64,000 nt of DNA, taken from Acidobacteriota bacterium (GTDB taxonomy: Bacteria > Acidobacteriota > UBA6911 > RPQK01 > JAJDTT01). The stretch spans positions 5,216,001 through 5,280,000 of the forward strand of contig OZ242374.1 of the NCBI GenBank assembly GCA_965209055.1, in the 5' to 3' direction. Numbering within the stretch: the first letter of the stretch is position 1; each line of letters starts with the position of its first letter. Below are positions 50,066 through 60,386 of the stretch, piece after piece. Below the pieces are notes generated by a model. It was not told where the DNA came from and made no database searches. It saw only the letters and a list, made by a program, of their open reading frames with translations. A program made the translations under genes and the position numbers.

Positions 50066-50983
50066 TCAGGCAGCTCGAAGACGGCGTTGGTCCGCCGCCG
50101 CCTGCTGCTCGTAGTGGACCGGTGACTCGTAGCCCAGCGCCGAGTGCCGGCGCCGCCGGTTGTAGAATCCCTCAATAAAGTCGAACACGGCCCGCCTTGC
50201 CTCGCTCGGGTTCCGGAACCGGTGACGATCCAGCAACTCGCACTCCAGCGTCGCGAAGAAGCTCTCGCACATCGCGTTGTCGTAGGCGTCCCCGACGGAG
50301 CCCATCGACGGCCGCACTCCCGCCTCCCGGCATCGTTTGCCGAAGGCAGCCGAGGTGTACTGCGTTCCCTGGTCCGAGTGGTGGATCACCTGCTTGGGCT
50401 GGCGCTGGATCACCGCCATGGCGAGCGCCTTCTCCACCAGTTCGGATCGCAGATGGGTCGCCATTGCCCACCCCACGATCCGGCGGCTCCAAGCGTCCAG
50501 AACCACGGCCACGTACAACCAGCCCGCCTTTGTGCGGACATAGGTGAGGTCCGCGACCCAGAGTTGATCCGGTCCCTCAACCGCGAAGTTCCGGTTCACC
50601 AGGTCCGGTGCCGGGCGCGCCTTCCGGTCCCTCCGGGTGAGCCCGGCCTTGCGGCGCCTCCGGCTCGCCCCCTGGATCCCGGCTTCCTTCATCAATCGAC
50701 CTACGCGCTTCGGGCTCGTCCGTTCCCCTCGAGCTCTCAGCTCGGCATGCAGACGAGGCCGACCGTACACTCTCCGGTTCTGGTTCCAGATCCACACGAT
50801 CGTTTCCCGAAGCGTCTGGTCCCGGCGAGCCCGCTTCGAAGGGGGCCGCTTCAGCCAAGCGTAGTACCCGCTGGGGGAGAGACCCAGAACGCGGCACATC
50901 ACCCGGATCGGAAACCGGGCTCGGTACGCCTTCACGAATTTGAATCCTTTTCGGGGATCGAGTCGCTCTCCCGGGCGAACCAA
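50066..50983 (-). CDS. IS3 transposase OrfB (rve DDE domain)
   Basis: WVADLT, HHSDQGTQY, DNAMCESFF, YNRRRRHSALG. Confidence 0.95.
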   Translation of the reverse strand: MVRPGERLDPRKGFKFVKAYRARFPIRVMCRVLGLSPSGYYAWLKRPPSKRARRDQTLRETIVWIWNQNRRVYGRPRLHAELRARGERTSPKRVGRLMKEAGIQGASRRRRKAGLTRRDRKARPAPDLVNRNFAVEGPDQLWVADLTYVRTKAGWLYVAVVLDAWSRRIVGWAMATHLRSELVEKALAMAVIQRQPKQVIHHSDQGTQYTSAAFGKRCREAGVRPSMGSVGDAYDNAMCESFFATLECELLDRHRFRNPSEARRAVFDFIEGFYNRRRRHSALGYESPVHYEQQAAADQRRLRAA

Positions 50984-51246
50984 GCCGCGGCTTTTTTTAA
51001 GATGTCCCGCTCCATCCGCAGCCGCTTGATCTCGCGCCGCGCCTGGCGCAACTCCTGGCGCTCGAACGTCGTCAACCCGTCGTTACGGTGCCCCTCGTCC
51101 AGATCGGCCTGCTTGACCCACTTGCGGATCGCCGACGCCGAGGGCTCGAACTCCCGCGCCAGCGCCTCGGGCGATCGCCCCGAGCGCACCAGCGCCACGA
51201 TCTCCTGGCGGAACTCCGGCGGGTACCGCCGCTGCTTTCTTGCCAT
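50932..51246 (-). CDS. IS3 transposase OrfA (HTH) with -1 frameshift signal
   Basis: RRYPPEFR...ERDILKKA; slippery AAAAAAAG near 50993-51000; SD GGAGGAG. Confidence 0.93.
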   Translation of the reverse strand: MARKQRRYPPEFRQEIVALVRSGRSPEALAREFEPSASAIRKWVKQADLDEGHRNDGLTTFERQELRQARREIKRLRMERDILKKAAAWFARESDSIPEKDSNS

Positions 51247-54075
51247 CGTGGACTCCTCCTTTCACTTCCTTACTTTGGATGTGTCCACGAAAGCGGGTCA
51301 ACTCCACCTCGGGGCACAAAGCGGTAGTTCGGGGCTCCATCCTCCTCAAAGAACTGAACCTCAATCTCCGCCTGCGCACCTTCAGAGGCAAGGCAGATTC
51401 GAAGCGGTCCGTCAAGGTCCGGGCTTACGATGCTGATGTCCACCTCACACAACTGGCATTCCTGTTCACCGATAGTGATGGTCCACGTATGTTCAAATTT
51501 CCGGTACATTTCCTCTGGCCAATCAACCCCGATGGGCATCTTGGATGGTCGCTCGGTGATGGTCCGTACCTCAAGCGTCCCCTTGAGCACCTCGTCAGGA
51601 TCGATGTCTTCGTTGAGCAGCTTGTCACCGACTCTTTTGCACCAAGCAACCAGATCACCCACATGGTCTCGCTTATGGGTCCAGATCCGACCCTTCTGGG
51701 AAGCGCCGATTGTCACGCGCTGACCGCCTTCGTATCCTGTCCCTACCAGCACAGACTTGCGCGCGCGTCCCCGATGGAGATCGCTGATCGCGGGCTCCAC
51801 GTCAGAACCCATCCTTCCCGTGTACCGAACGTTTCGGCCGAGTTGCTCGGTCAAGCCGACGTTTTGCAGGCGCAACCGGTTGACAGCCGCAAACGTGCGG
51901 AAGACCTGTTGGCCACGCACGAGAGCGACTTCCTTCCCGGCAATGGCCTGTGCAAGTGCTCTGTATTCACCCGCTTTCTCGGAGCTATGGATGAAGAGGA
52001 GATCCTGCTCCGGCGACCATACGACCACATAAAGCTCCCACTGCCAGCTAAATAGAGTCTCAACGTCCGTCCAGTCCAACGGTACACGCCGCGCGGCTAC
52101 CACAACCAGCGAATGATCCCTATGGTTGATCGTTTCGTGAACTTGTTCACAGTGCTGGATAGCAGGAAGGCCATTCCGGAACCTTTCGGGGGACCAGTTC
52201 TCGCACGTCGTGCGGTAGACCACCGCACTAATCGCGGGTCGAACTGTCTTCAGCGGGATCTCCTTAGTGAAGTCTGTAAATCCACAAAGGAAATCATGAA
52301 GGGATTGCTGCTCGCCGATCAAGCGATCGCTGAGTTCAGGGAGCAGCGCATTCCAGTCTGGATCACGTGTATACAGCTTCCGCAATTCATCTCGAACGTC
52401 TACGTCTGCGGTATTTGCGATGAATGTCGCGTCCCCGAGGTCTGGACGTGACCGAGTAAAGCGACCCGCCAGCTGAAGAGTGACCGCGAGTGACTTGCGA
52501 ATGTCATGGAATGCCGCAATCTTGAGTTCCGGTAAGTCAAACCCCTCGCCTAGCATGTCCACGCACACAACAACTCGCGATTCTCCGGTCAGGAGTTGTT
52601 TGCGAATGGCCGCTCGCTCGCGAATTGATTTGATCCCCGTGTGGAGTTGCACCGGCTTGAACTCAAGATATTTATTGTAGACTTTGAAAACCTCTTCGGC
52701 ACGCGCAACACTCTGGACCCGTGCCATGAGAATATGGCCTTTTGCCGCGTCCCTTCGAAGTTGCGCAACAGCCTTTTCTGCAATCGCAACGTCAGATCGC
52801 GTCTGGTTGAACTCGATCACTGGATGAAAGTGGATCTGCTTGAAGTAGCCCTCCTGCTGCGCCTTCCTGAGTGGATAGTTAAAGATGATCTCACCGTCGA
52901 GCGGTTTACCGTCCTCGCGGAACGGCGTGGCAGTAAATTGAAGTACTTTTCGATCTTTGAAACGCGCCTTGAAAGTGCTCCACGTGGGTGCCTCAGCGTG
53001 ATGCGCTTCGTCGATGAACAGGTAGGGGCAGAGAGCTGCCATCCGGTTCTGGACGGCGGGCGTGCACCGGCCCGCGATCGTGCTCGTCGTGACGACTACC
53101 TGGGAGTGGGCAAACAGGTCGTCCACGTCGCGAACTTCACGCGGGATGTGGCGCAACATGGCGACGATCGGATATTTGGCGTTCCCATCCAGCACTCCGC
53201 AACTAGGCTCCTTTAGTACGCCAAGCGTAAGGAACTTTTCGGTGATCTGAGCCCTTAGAGCGTCCGTCGGGACAACGACAAGCAGCCTCTCGCATCGGGC
53301 CGAGACGAGTATCGAAAGCATCGTCTCGGTTTTTCCCGTACCTGTGGGCATCACAATCGTTCCAGGCGAGTCAGTGACGGCCCAGTGGGCGTGGACTGCA
53401 TGGACGGCACCTATTTGGGGACCCCTGAGACCCAGGGTGCCCCTGCTCAGATCCTCCTGCACATACCTGAATGCGCCGATCCAAGAGTCCAACACCTCTT
53501 GGATAGCCCTAGTGTGGTCATAACCCTCGGGTGTTAGCAACGGATGCCTTAACCACTTGCCTTGCCGCAAATCGACAGTCCCGGCCGGATTTCCAACCGC
53601 AGACTTGATGATGCGGTTGTGGTGGTTAGGCACCGCCACAGCCTTGGGGATCACCAGGGTTTCTTCACCGTTGGCATCCGCGCGAAACAAGAAACCCTTG
53701 GTGCGATTCAAGGTAAACGGGATGAGGGTTCCCTCCGAGTTGTCCGTACGGAGACCGATCTGGCGGACTAGACTATTGCATCTGCGTTCGTCGAGCGCTA
53801 AAACGTGCGGCAAATTGACTCGCATGAGAATAGTGCATTCGGCGCTGGTCGCAAGACGATTCGGATTTATGTGTACTCTCTGCTACACGAGGTGACCGGG
53901 AGTTTGACGTCGTTGCATGGGTCTTACAGTTTTTGTCAATAACTCCTTCAGAGTCGCTGGATCCGTCACTAGTTCACGGCAATGCTAGCATTCAGAAAGA
54001 AAGTTGGTGAGCGAAATTGGGCTCTTACGACGGACAGCTAGCTCTGCGCTCACGCCAATGAAGCGATTCAAGAAT

Positions 54076-54720
54076 TTATCGGTCAGCATAACTACCGCTT
54101 GTCAATAGCTTATCGAGAGTAGCCAACAATCTGGGTCCAACATCTAGTGCCCATTGCGCGGATTGTAGGTCGGCCATCGCGCCGTGTGCTGCGGAATTTA
54201 GAAGCCCAACCATGTCCTCTAGGACACTACGCTGCTTGTGCGTTAGAATCCCGTGGTTCCCCAGTAGTCGAAGCAAACGACCTATACTCAGCTTTGTGTT
54301 GCCAATACCAGCACTTTCCGCCAAACTGCCCAACCGTCTCTCGATTTCAATCCGCAATCCGGCGAGCGCTAAATTTGCATCTTCGTCAGCAACTACCTGG
54401 AAAGAGTATTCATGAGATGGGGCAGGGTCAGGAGATTCGTCTAGCAGACCGGCCTCAGCAGCACGCTGCTCGGTGGCTTGCAGTTCCTGAAATTCGATCT
54501 TCACACCGCCGGGAAGCTCGATCCGCTTAAACAGGGGCAGTAGCCACGGAATGGCGGCCGCCGCCAGCAAAATCAGCGTTATGGCATCAATTTTGAGATC
54601 TGGCCAAAGGAGATGAACTCCGGCCAAAACAAGTGAAAAAATCGTAATTAGGACTTGCGTCTTGCGCTGAGACGTCACGGCACTTTTCTCTATATGTGAA
54701 CGGGCGCTGCTATTTAGCAT
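54076..54720 (-). CDS. Hypothetical 2-TM protein with helical C-terminal domain (degenerate HEPN-like)
   Basis: Two N-terminal TM helices, IELPGGVKIEF linker, ALAGLRIEIERRL, LLNSAAHG. Confidence 0.7.
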   Translation of the reverse strand: MLNSSARSHIEKSAVTSQRKTQVLITIFSLVLAGVHLLWPDLKIDAITLILLAAAAIPWLLPLFKRIELPGGVKIEFQELQATEQRAAEAGLLDESPDPAPSHEYSFQVVADEDANLALAGLRIEIERRLGSLAESAGIGNTKLSIGRLLRLLGNHGILTHKQRSVLEDMVGLLNSAAHGAMADLQSAQWALDVGPRLLATLDKLLTSGSYADR

Positions 54721-54814
54721 CTGGTGGCCCGAAAAGAATGCGAACCCGAATTGGCAATCTCCACGATAGAAAAACTGATCGCTTGCCTGGAACGAACTGG
54801 CGGCAATTTAACTA

Positions 54815-55958
54815 GTTCCCACCCGGAAATCCGTAAGTTATTGAAAAATAAGGAGTAAGGAGGCATTTTCAAGCCCCGGTTTTGTCATAGTCTTTTGCTA
54901 GCCCATTGGTACCAAACAAAAGAAAACAAACGACTTACACAATACCGAGGGCTTGAACAATGCGTCGAAAACGGGAAAATCAGCGTCCGCTCTCCGGGCT
55001 TTGGCCCGATTACCGACTCGCCCGGGAACTGAGAGCCGTTTCCAAGATCTTGGACGAAAACCCCTCGATCCTAGATCCATTTCTACACGATCTGTGTGAC
55101 ACCGACAGCTACGGCCAGGGAGCTCCCGGGCTCTCCGCGGAGCAGACCCTGCGCGCGGCCATCCTCAAACAATGTCAGCAACTGACCTACACCCGGTTGG
55201 CGTTCCTCCTGAACGACTCTCAGTGCTATCGCCGCTTTGCTCGTCTTTCGTTTTGTTGGACTCCCAGTGCCTCCTGCCTCCAGGAGAACATCAGCCGCAT
55301 CCAAGCCAGCTCCTGGCAGCAGATCAACCGGCTCTTGGTGTAATGGTCCAATGGCCAGGGGCTGGCACGGGGCCGGCAGATTCGAGTCGACGCCACGACC
55401 GTGGAAAGTCCCATCCCCTATCCGACCGATTCCCAGTTGTTCTGCGACTCGGTTCGAGTCCTTACCCGGCTGCTTCGCCAGCTGGCCCACCATCACAAGA
55501 TCGTCTTGCACGATCACCGGCGCCGGGCCAAGCGGCGGTGTCTGGAGATCAAGAACCTTCGAGGAAAGCGTCGGCTGCGAGCCTATCGGGATCTGCTGAA
55601 GGTCGCTCGCAAGTCCGCTCATTACACCACGATGGCCCTGCAGCAAGCGGACTCGTGGAAGGACCTTCCCAGTCAGGTCATGGCGAGAAAGTTACGCCAT
55701 TTCTTGGACTTGACGGCCAGGATCATCGCTCAGACCGAGCGCCGAGTCCTGCGGGGGGAGACGGTTCCGGCCGACGAGAAGGTTCTCTCCTTGTTCGAGG
55801 AACACACCGACATCATCAAAAAGAAGCGCCGGGAAACGGTCTTTGGACACAAGCTGTTTCTGGCCGGTGGCGCCTCCGGCCTGATGCTGGATGCGGAGGT
55901 CATGCGGGGAAACCCCAACGATGCCGCTCATTTCGCGCCCTGGCTCCAGCGCCAGCAC
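54815..55958 (+). mobile_element. ISNCY/IS5-like element, copy 2 (truncated pseudogene)
   Basis: Left end gttcccacccggaaatccgtaag preceded by CTA; highly similar to copy 1; TAA at 55341-55343; homology ends near 55958. Confidence 0.88.
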
Positions 55959-56031
55959 AAGTTTCTGCTGAGCGAGGGTTTGAGATGTGATTGGCAGTCA
56001 GGTGATGCCTACATTATGAGCCGTCCAACCA

Positions 56032-56321
56032 TCACTTCTCGCTGAGCCGGTGCCAGAGTTCCCTGACAAAGGGTGACACCTGATGCTTGGTATACATGAT
56101 GTGTATTGCGCGCTTGACACGTGTGAATCCGACGTAGAATAGACGACGTGCTTCAAGTAGGCGGGCTCCGGTAACCCCACGTCGTGGCACAAGACCGGCA
56201 TCCATGCCAAAGAGCACCACCAAGTCAAATTCGCGACCCTTGGAGCTGTGGAGGGTAGATAGGTTCAGACGGTCTCCACTGTCTCCCAGGCCGGAGAACT
56301 GACCGAGGGTCATTTCCGCGA
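56032..56321 (-). pseudogene. C-terminal fragment of a UvrD/Rep-type SF1 helicase (GajB-like)
   Basis: LSTLHSSKGREFDLV (motif V) and EARRLFYVGFTR (motif VI); N-terminus missing. Confidence 0.8.
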
Positions 56322-56359
56322 GATCCGGGGGCGCCGGGTGCACCCGGCGCCCCCGGATC
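56322..56359. repeat. Perfect 38-bp palindrome with no loop
   Basis: gatccgggggcgccgggtg|cacccggcgcccccggatc. Confidence 0.97.
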
Positions 56360-56793
56360 GCTGGCCATGATTCCCGTCGGGTCGGAGTCCTCGGGAAACC
56401 AACAGGGAGAACAGAGAACCTCTGGAGTATTGAAGCTATTTTTTGCCCCGTGGTGGGTCACTTTTGCGTGATCACGCCGGGTCACTTTTCCAAAGACGTT
56501 TCCAAATGAATAAGTCGGCAAATGAGACGAATGAGACTTTGTATCTCTGCCCTTTCAGTGTCTAGGAGTTCTATCTTGGGATTTTCAACCCTCGAATTGC
56601 TCTCGACCAAGGGATTTCGAGATTGGCTTGAGATGGATGTCGGCACAGTGCACGGTACGGCCCACGCATTTGATGATGAGGGTTTTCAAGGGATCGGGAA
56701 TTCTATGGACCTAGTCTTCCCTTGAAGAGGTTTTTCGACTCGCTCAGGAGGGCCAGCAGAGTTCGATAGTCCATCCGATTCATCGGGCTCCTT

Positions 56794-57198
56794 TCAGTGC
56801 AGCGTTACCTCGTCGCCGCTAAAGAGACCGGATGCCCCCGTGGCGATCTTGATGCCTTCCCACTCGACATGCACCTTGACATAATCGATTCCCCAAGCTC
56901 GCTTCCATCCCTTCATTAAGTCCAGAATCAGGCGCTTGCCCTCGAACCGATCACGCGTAATGGCGATCCGCGTGTTCCGGTCCACGCTGATCCACAGTAC
57001 CGTCCCGACTGCATGCACCCCTTTTATGTACGGGCGGGCCGCCTTCTTGAAAGTGATGTCGCAAAACTTCCGGATCCTTTGCAGATCCTCCGAACTAATT
57101 CCGCTTATTTGTCCACAAGTGGGATGAACGTCTTGTGGGACACTCGCGAGCCCGGAACTCATAACGAACCCTGCCACCAACCACCACTTGGGTTTCAT
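56794..57198 (-). CDS. Hypothetical exported protein
   Basis: Signal-like N-terminus MKPKWWLVAGFVM; SD GGAGG. Confidence 0.65.
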   Translation of the reverse strand: MKPKWWLVAGFVMSSGLASVPQDVHPTCGQISGISSEDLQRIRKFCDITFKKAARPYIKGVHAVGTVLWISVDRNTRIAITRDRFEGKRLILDLMKGWKRAWGIDYVKVHVEWEGIKIATGASGLFSGDEVTLH

Positions 57199-57389
57199 TT
57201 TTTCCTCCGATTTACAGAATGAGGTAGTGGAAAGAACGGGAGAAAGAGTGTCACCGTAAAATATGTAACTCTTTTATGGTAAATGGGTTATAGAGATTAC
57301 GGAATCAGTCCTCCGATATGCAGATCCGGTCGAATGCCGTGACGATTTTTTCCCACGGGCTGCTATCCAGCCGTGCGCCCAAGCCAGGA

Positions 57390-57809
57390 TCAAGCGAACG
57401 TGAGGATTCCCAGGGCCGCCATCCCGATTACGATCCCGGCCACCCCGTAGACGGAAACACGTTCCTTAAAGAAGAGAATGCCGGCCAGGACGACAAAAAA
57501 CAGCCCGCCTCCCGGCGCCACTTGAAAGACGACGAACCCGGGGATTCCGTGGTCCAGGGACAATGCCATTCCCAGTTGCCCCAGCACAGCGCTGGAGGCC
57601 AATCCGATGCCAACGAGAACCTCTTGCTTGGTGAAGCGGCGATTCTTGGAGAAAAAGATGGCCGCCGAAAGGATGAATCCAGCCCAAAACCAGAGCATCA
57701 GGTAGGGGAACTTGAATGTCTCGGATAGCCCCATCCCGGACATGATCCTCAGTCCGAAGGCTCCCAACCCATTGGTCACGAAGCAGATCAGCATCATGCG
57801 GAGCCACAT
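57390..57809 (-). CDS. EamA/DMT-family half transporter
   Basis: About 5 TM helices, GILFFKERV motif. Confidence 0.8.
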   Translation of the reverse strand: MWLRMMLICFVTNGLGAFGLRIMSGMGLSETFKFPYLMLWFWAGFILSAAIFFSKNRRFTKQEVLVGIGLASSAVLGQLGMALSLDHGIPGFVVFQVAPGGGLFFVVLAGILFFKERVSVYGVAGIVIGMAALGILTFA

Positions 57810-57812
57810 GGG

Positions 57813-58316
57813 TCAATTCCCTTTCGGCGAACTGGAGGCTGCGGCGGCCGGTTCGAGGCCGGCGGCGGCCGCTTCGTCGATTTGCTTGTCCTTCCAGAGC
57901 AGGAGAACAGCGGCAACGACCAGAATGAGCCCGACGATCTTCCAGGGGCTGACGGGTTCCTTGTAGATCACGATCGAGAGAATTGTGGGAAGCGACGTCG
58001 ACAGGTTGATGACAACCCAGCTCGTGGCAATTTTTCCCTTCCCATAGCGCAACCCGGCTTGGAAAGCCAGGATCGCCGCGGCCGCCAGGAAACCGCATAC
58101 TGCGGCCACCAAGTAAAGCATCCCGGGCGTTTCCGTAACCAGAGGGGCCTTCCCCGTAGCGAAGAGGTAAACAGTCGTAAAGAGTCCCGCCCAAAAGAAA
58201 ATGCTCACCGAGATCGCCCGGGGACGGCACCGATACTGATCCGCCACTTTATGGAAGATGCCGATCAGTCCGAGAGCCACCAGGGCCATGCCCAGGAACA
58301 AATGCCCCAAATGCAA
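57813..58316 (-). CDS. EamA/DMT-family half transporter
   Basis: About 5 TM helices, IYKEPVSPWKIVG motif. Confidence 0.8.
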   Translation of the reverse strand: MHLGHLFLGMALVALGLIGIFHKVADQYRCRPRAISVSIFFWAGLFTTVYLFATGKAPLVTETPGMLYLVAAVCGFLAAAAILAFQAGLRYGKGKIATSWVVINLSTSLPTILSIVIYKEPVSPWKIVGLILVVAAVLLLWKDKQIDEAAAAGLEPAAAASSSPKGN

Positions 58317-58464
58317 GTTTCGATTCCTCCAGATGTTTCCTTAGGAAACGTCAGCGGTTTTCAGTGGGCGCTCCCACGTAACTGTGCGCAATATAGTCCG
58401 GGAAGATTGTGAAGTCCATTCCAGCACCGTCCGGGACTTTCCCCGTTTTTCCGGTGTTTCGGGT

Positions 58465-58553
58465 GTAGGGGCACCCCTTGTGTGTGGGTGCCCTCTTTCG
58501 TTCCCGCATCGATCGACGGCCCGGGGAGGGCGACACACAAGGGTCACCCGTAC
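58465..58553. repeat. GTAG-type REP doublet in inverted orientation
   Basis: gtaggggcaccccttgtgtgtgggtgccc ... agggcgacacacaagggtcacccgtac. Confidence 0.75.
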
Positions 58554-58573
58554 TTCTAAGTTCTAAGAAAAAC

Positions 58574-58703
58574 GAGGGACGATTTCCAATCGCCCAGACT
58601 TCGTCTCCAAGTTTGTCAGTCAGGAGTTCGGCGATTGGAAATCGCCGCTCCTTTCCTTTTTCTGCCGGGCGTCCGCCGGACCGGGCCGGTGGGAGAGCTT
58701 CTG
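58574..58703 (-). repeat. Full-length REP-like/MITE element
   Basis: Reverse-complement homologue of 18744-18877. Confidence 0.92.
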
Positions 58704-60386
58704 AGAGGAACCATGAGAGCCCTCTATGACCTGGAGACGCTGATTGGCCCGAATTCCCGTCAGTGTATCCACGGTGCCGGATGGCCATCGGATCGTCAGC
58801 TCATCCACTTCGCTCCCTTCTCCCAGCCCCAGGTGCACCCAATAGGGCGAGGCTGAAAGATAGCTGGCCCCGCCCAGCACCTGTGTTCGAAACCGCTCCT
58901 CTCCGACCCGCGACTCGATCCTTGCGCCGATCCCATTCGAGTTGGACTCGACTCCCTTCAGGCGAACTTCCAGCCAATTCTTTCCATTCCCGTGGTCGTT
59001 GGACAAGAGCATGGGACCCTGGCCGCAATTGCTGACCACGGCGTCGAGATCCCCGTCCTGATCGAAGTCACCCACGGCCAGACCGCGGCTCACCTGGGGT
59101 CCCGACAAGGGATCTCCCGGCTTGCCTGCCTGGTTGACGAATCGCCCGTCCCGATTCTCGAACAGCAGCTTGGGCTGAGCGTAGGATGATCCTGGCCGGA
59201 TCTGAACGATGTTGTCGATGATGTGTCCGTTGACAGCCAGGATATCCAGGTCGCTGTCGTTGTCGAAATCGAGGAATCGAACACCGAAACCCACCAGATT
59301 CCGGGACGCCAGTTTGACTTCGAAGAGGGCCGCGACCTCCTCGAAGAAAGACTCGTGATTCAGGTAAAGGGCAAGATACTCAACGTCCAGATTGGTGACC
59401 GCAATATCGGGCAAGCCGTCTCCGTTGAAGTCGGCCATATCGGTTCCCATGCCGGCCTGGGGCGCCCCGTTCTCATCGAAAGCCACACCCATATTGAGGC
59501 CGATCTCATCGAACGCACCGTTCCCGAGATTCCTGAACAGGTAGTTCCCCTGGGAATCGTTCGCGACGTAGATGTCGATCCATCCATCCCAGTCGAAGTC
59601 CCCGGCGACGACTCCCAGGCTCTTGCCGGCATATCGGGCGATTCCCGCCTGCTCGCTGATATCGGTGAAGGTGCCGTTTCCGTTGTTCCGGTAGAGCAGG
59701 TCCGGGAGCCCGTCGTAGACCTTGGGCGAGCAATAGGTTCGAATGCCCTTCTCCAGCCACGGTCCACAAACGCGATTGTTGCCGAAGTTGTGGTCGAGGT
59801 ACCTGGTGACATAGAGATCCAGGTCCCCGTCGTTGTCGAAGTCCAGGAATGTCGCGCTTGCCGACCAGCGCCCGTCCCCTGCCACTCCGGCTGGGTCGGT
59901 TCGGTCTTCAAACGTCCCGTCCCCCTGATTCGCATACAGGACATTGCGTCCTTCGAAGTTGGTGATCAGGAGGTCGTCGTCCCCGTCGCCGTCGTAGTCC
60001 GCCACCGCAGCTCCTTGTCCATAGCCCTGGCTGTCCTTGATTCCCGAGACGCTGGTCTGGTCGCGGAATCGCCCCTCCCCCAGGTTCCGGTAGAGTGCGT
60101 GCCGGACGGGTGAAGGATCGGTCACACCCGGAACGCGTCCGCCATTGACAAAGAAGATGTCCAGCCGGCCGTCCCCGTCGTAGTCGAAGAGCGCCACGCC
60201 GGAGCCCATCGTCTCAACCAGGTACTTCTCGGGACTGGCGGAGTTCACATGTCGAAAGCGGATTCCAGCGCGCTCGGTGATATCTGAAAAATAGGCGTTT
60301 GGGGAAGACTGGGAAGCTGGCGCACCAGCGGTAACGACCAACAGGTTCGTCCAGATGAATGCGTTTCGCCCAACGGCAATCCTCAA
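58620..60386 (-). CDS. CRTAC1-family protein (FG-GAP + ASPIC/UnbV)
   Basis: KYLVETMGSG, DxDxDG repeats, SNSNGIGAR, SYLS, RWPSG; last ~28 codons lie inside the repeat. Confidence 0.93.
   Translation of the reverse strand: MRIAVGRNAFIWTNLLVVTAGAPASQSSPNAYFSDITERAGIRFRHVNSASPEKYLVETMGSGVALFDYDGDGRLDIFFVNGGRVPGVTDPSPVRHALYRNLGEGRFRDQTSVSGIKDSQGYGQGAAVADYDGDGDDDLLITNFEGRNVLYANQGDGTFEDRTDPAGVAGDGRWSASATFLDFDNDGDLDLYVTRYLDHNFGNNRVCGPWLEKGIRTYCSPKVYDGLPDLLYRNNGNGTFTDISEQAGIARYAGKSLGVVAGDFDWDGWIDIYVANDSQGNYLFRNLGNGAFDEIGLNMGVAFDENGAPQAGMGTDMADFNGDGLPDIAVTNLDVEYLALYLNHESFFEEVAALFEVKLASRNLVGFGVRFLDFDNDSDLDILAVNGHIIDNIVQIRPGSSYAQPKLLFENRDGRFVNQAGKPGDPLSGPQVSRGLAVGDFDQDGDLDAVVSNCGQGPMLLSNDHGNGKNWLEVRLKGVESNSNGIGARIESRVGEERFRTQVLGGASYLSASPYWVHLGLGEGSEVDELTIRWPSGTVDTLTGIRANQRLQVIEGSHGSSQKLSHRPGPADARQKKERSGDFQSPNS

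Larger units (their letters stand above)
49664..51306 (-). mobile_element. IS3-family insertion sequence, 1643 bp, apparently intact
   Basis: TG...CA ends with imperfect 24-bp TIR (tgagggtgtcccgttttcgtggac / tggagttgacccgctttcgtggac); 3-bp TSD CCT at 49661-49663 and 51307-51309. Confidence 0.95.
48901..53825 (-). pseudogene. SF2 DEAH (ResIII-like) helicase fused to a C-terminal PD-(D/E)xK-like nuclease, interrupted by IS3
   Basis: MPTGTGKT, IDEAHH, FTATP, DMLGEGFD, QLAGRFTR; C-terminal DDGKGEAAD...FFHCK...EVCGQAQKS. Removing the IS and one TSD rejoins FVPR-GDTTAE in frame (1092 aa). Confidence 0.88.

Noticed and set aside
56032-56321. Functional Gabija system
   Set aside because: Only helicase motifs V-VI remain and no OLD/GajA nuclease is present
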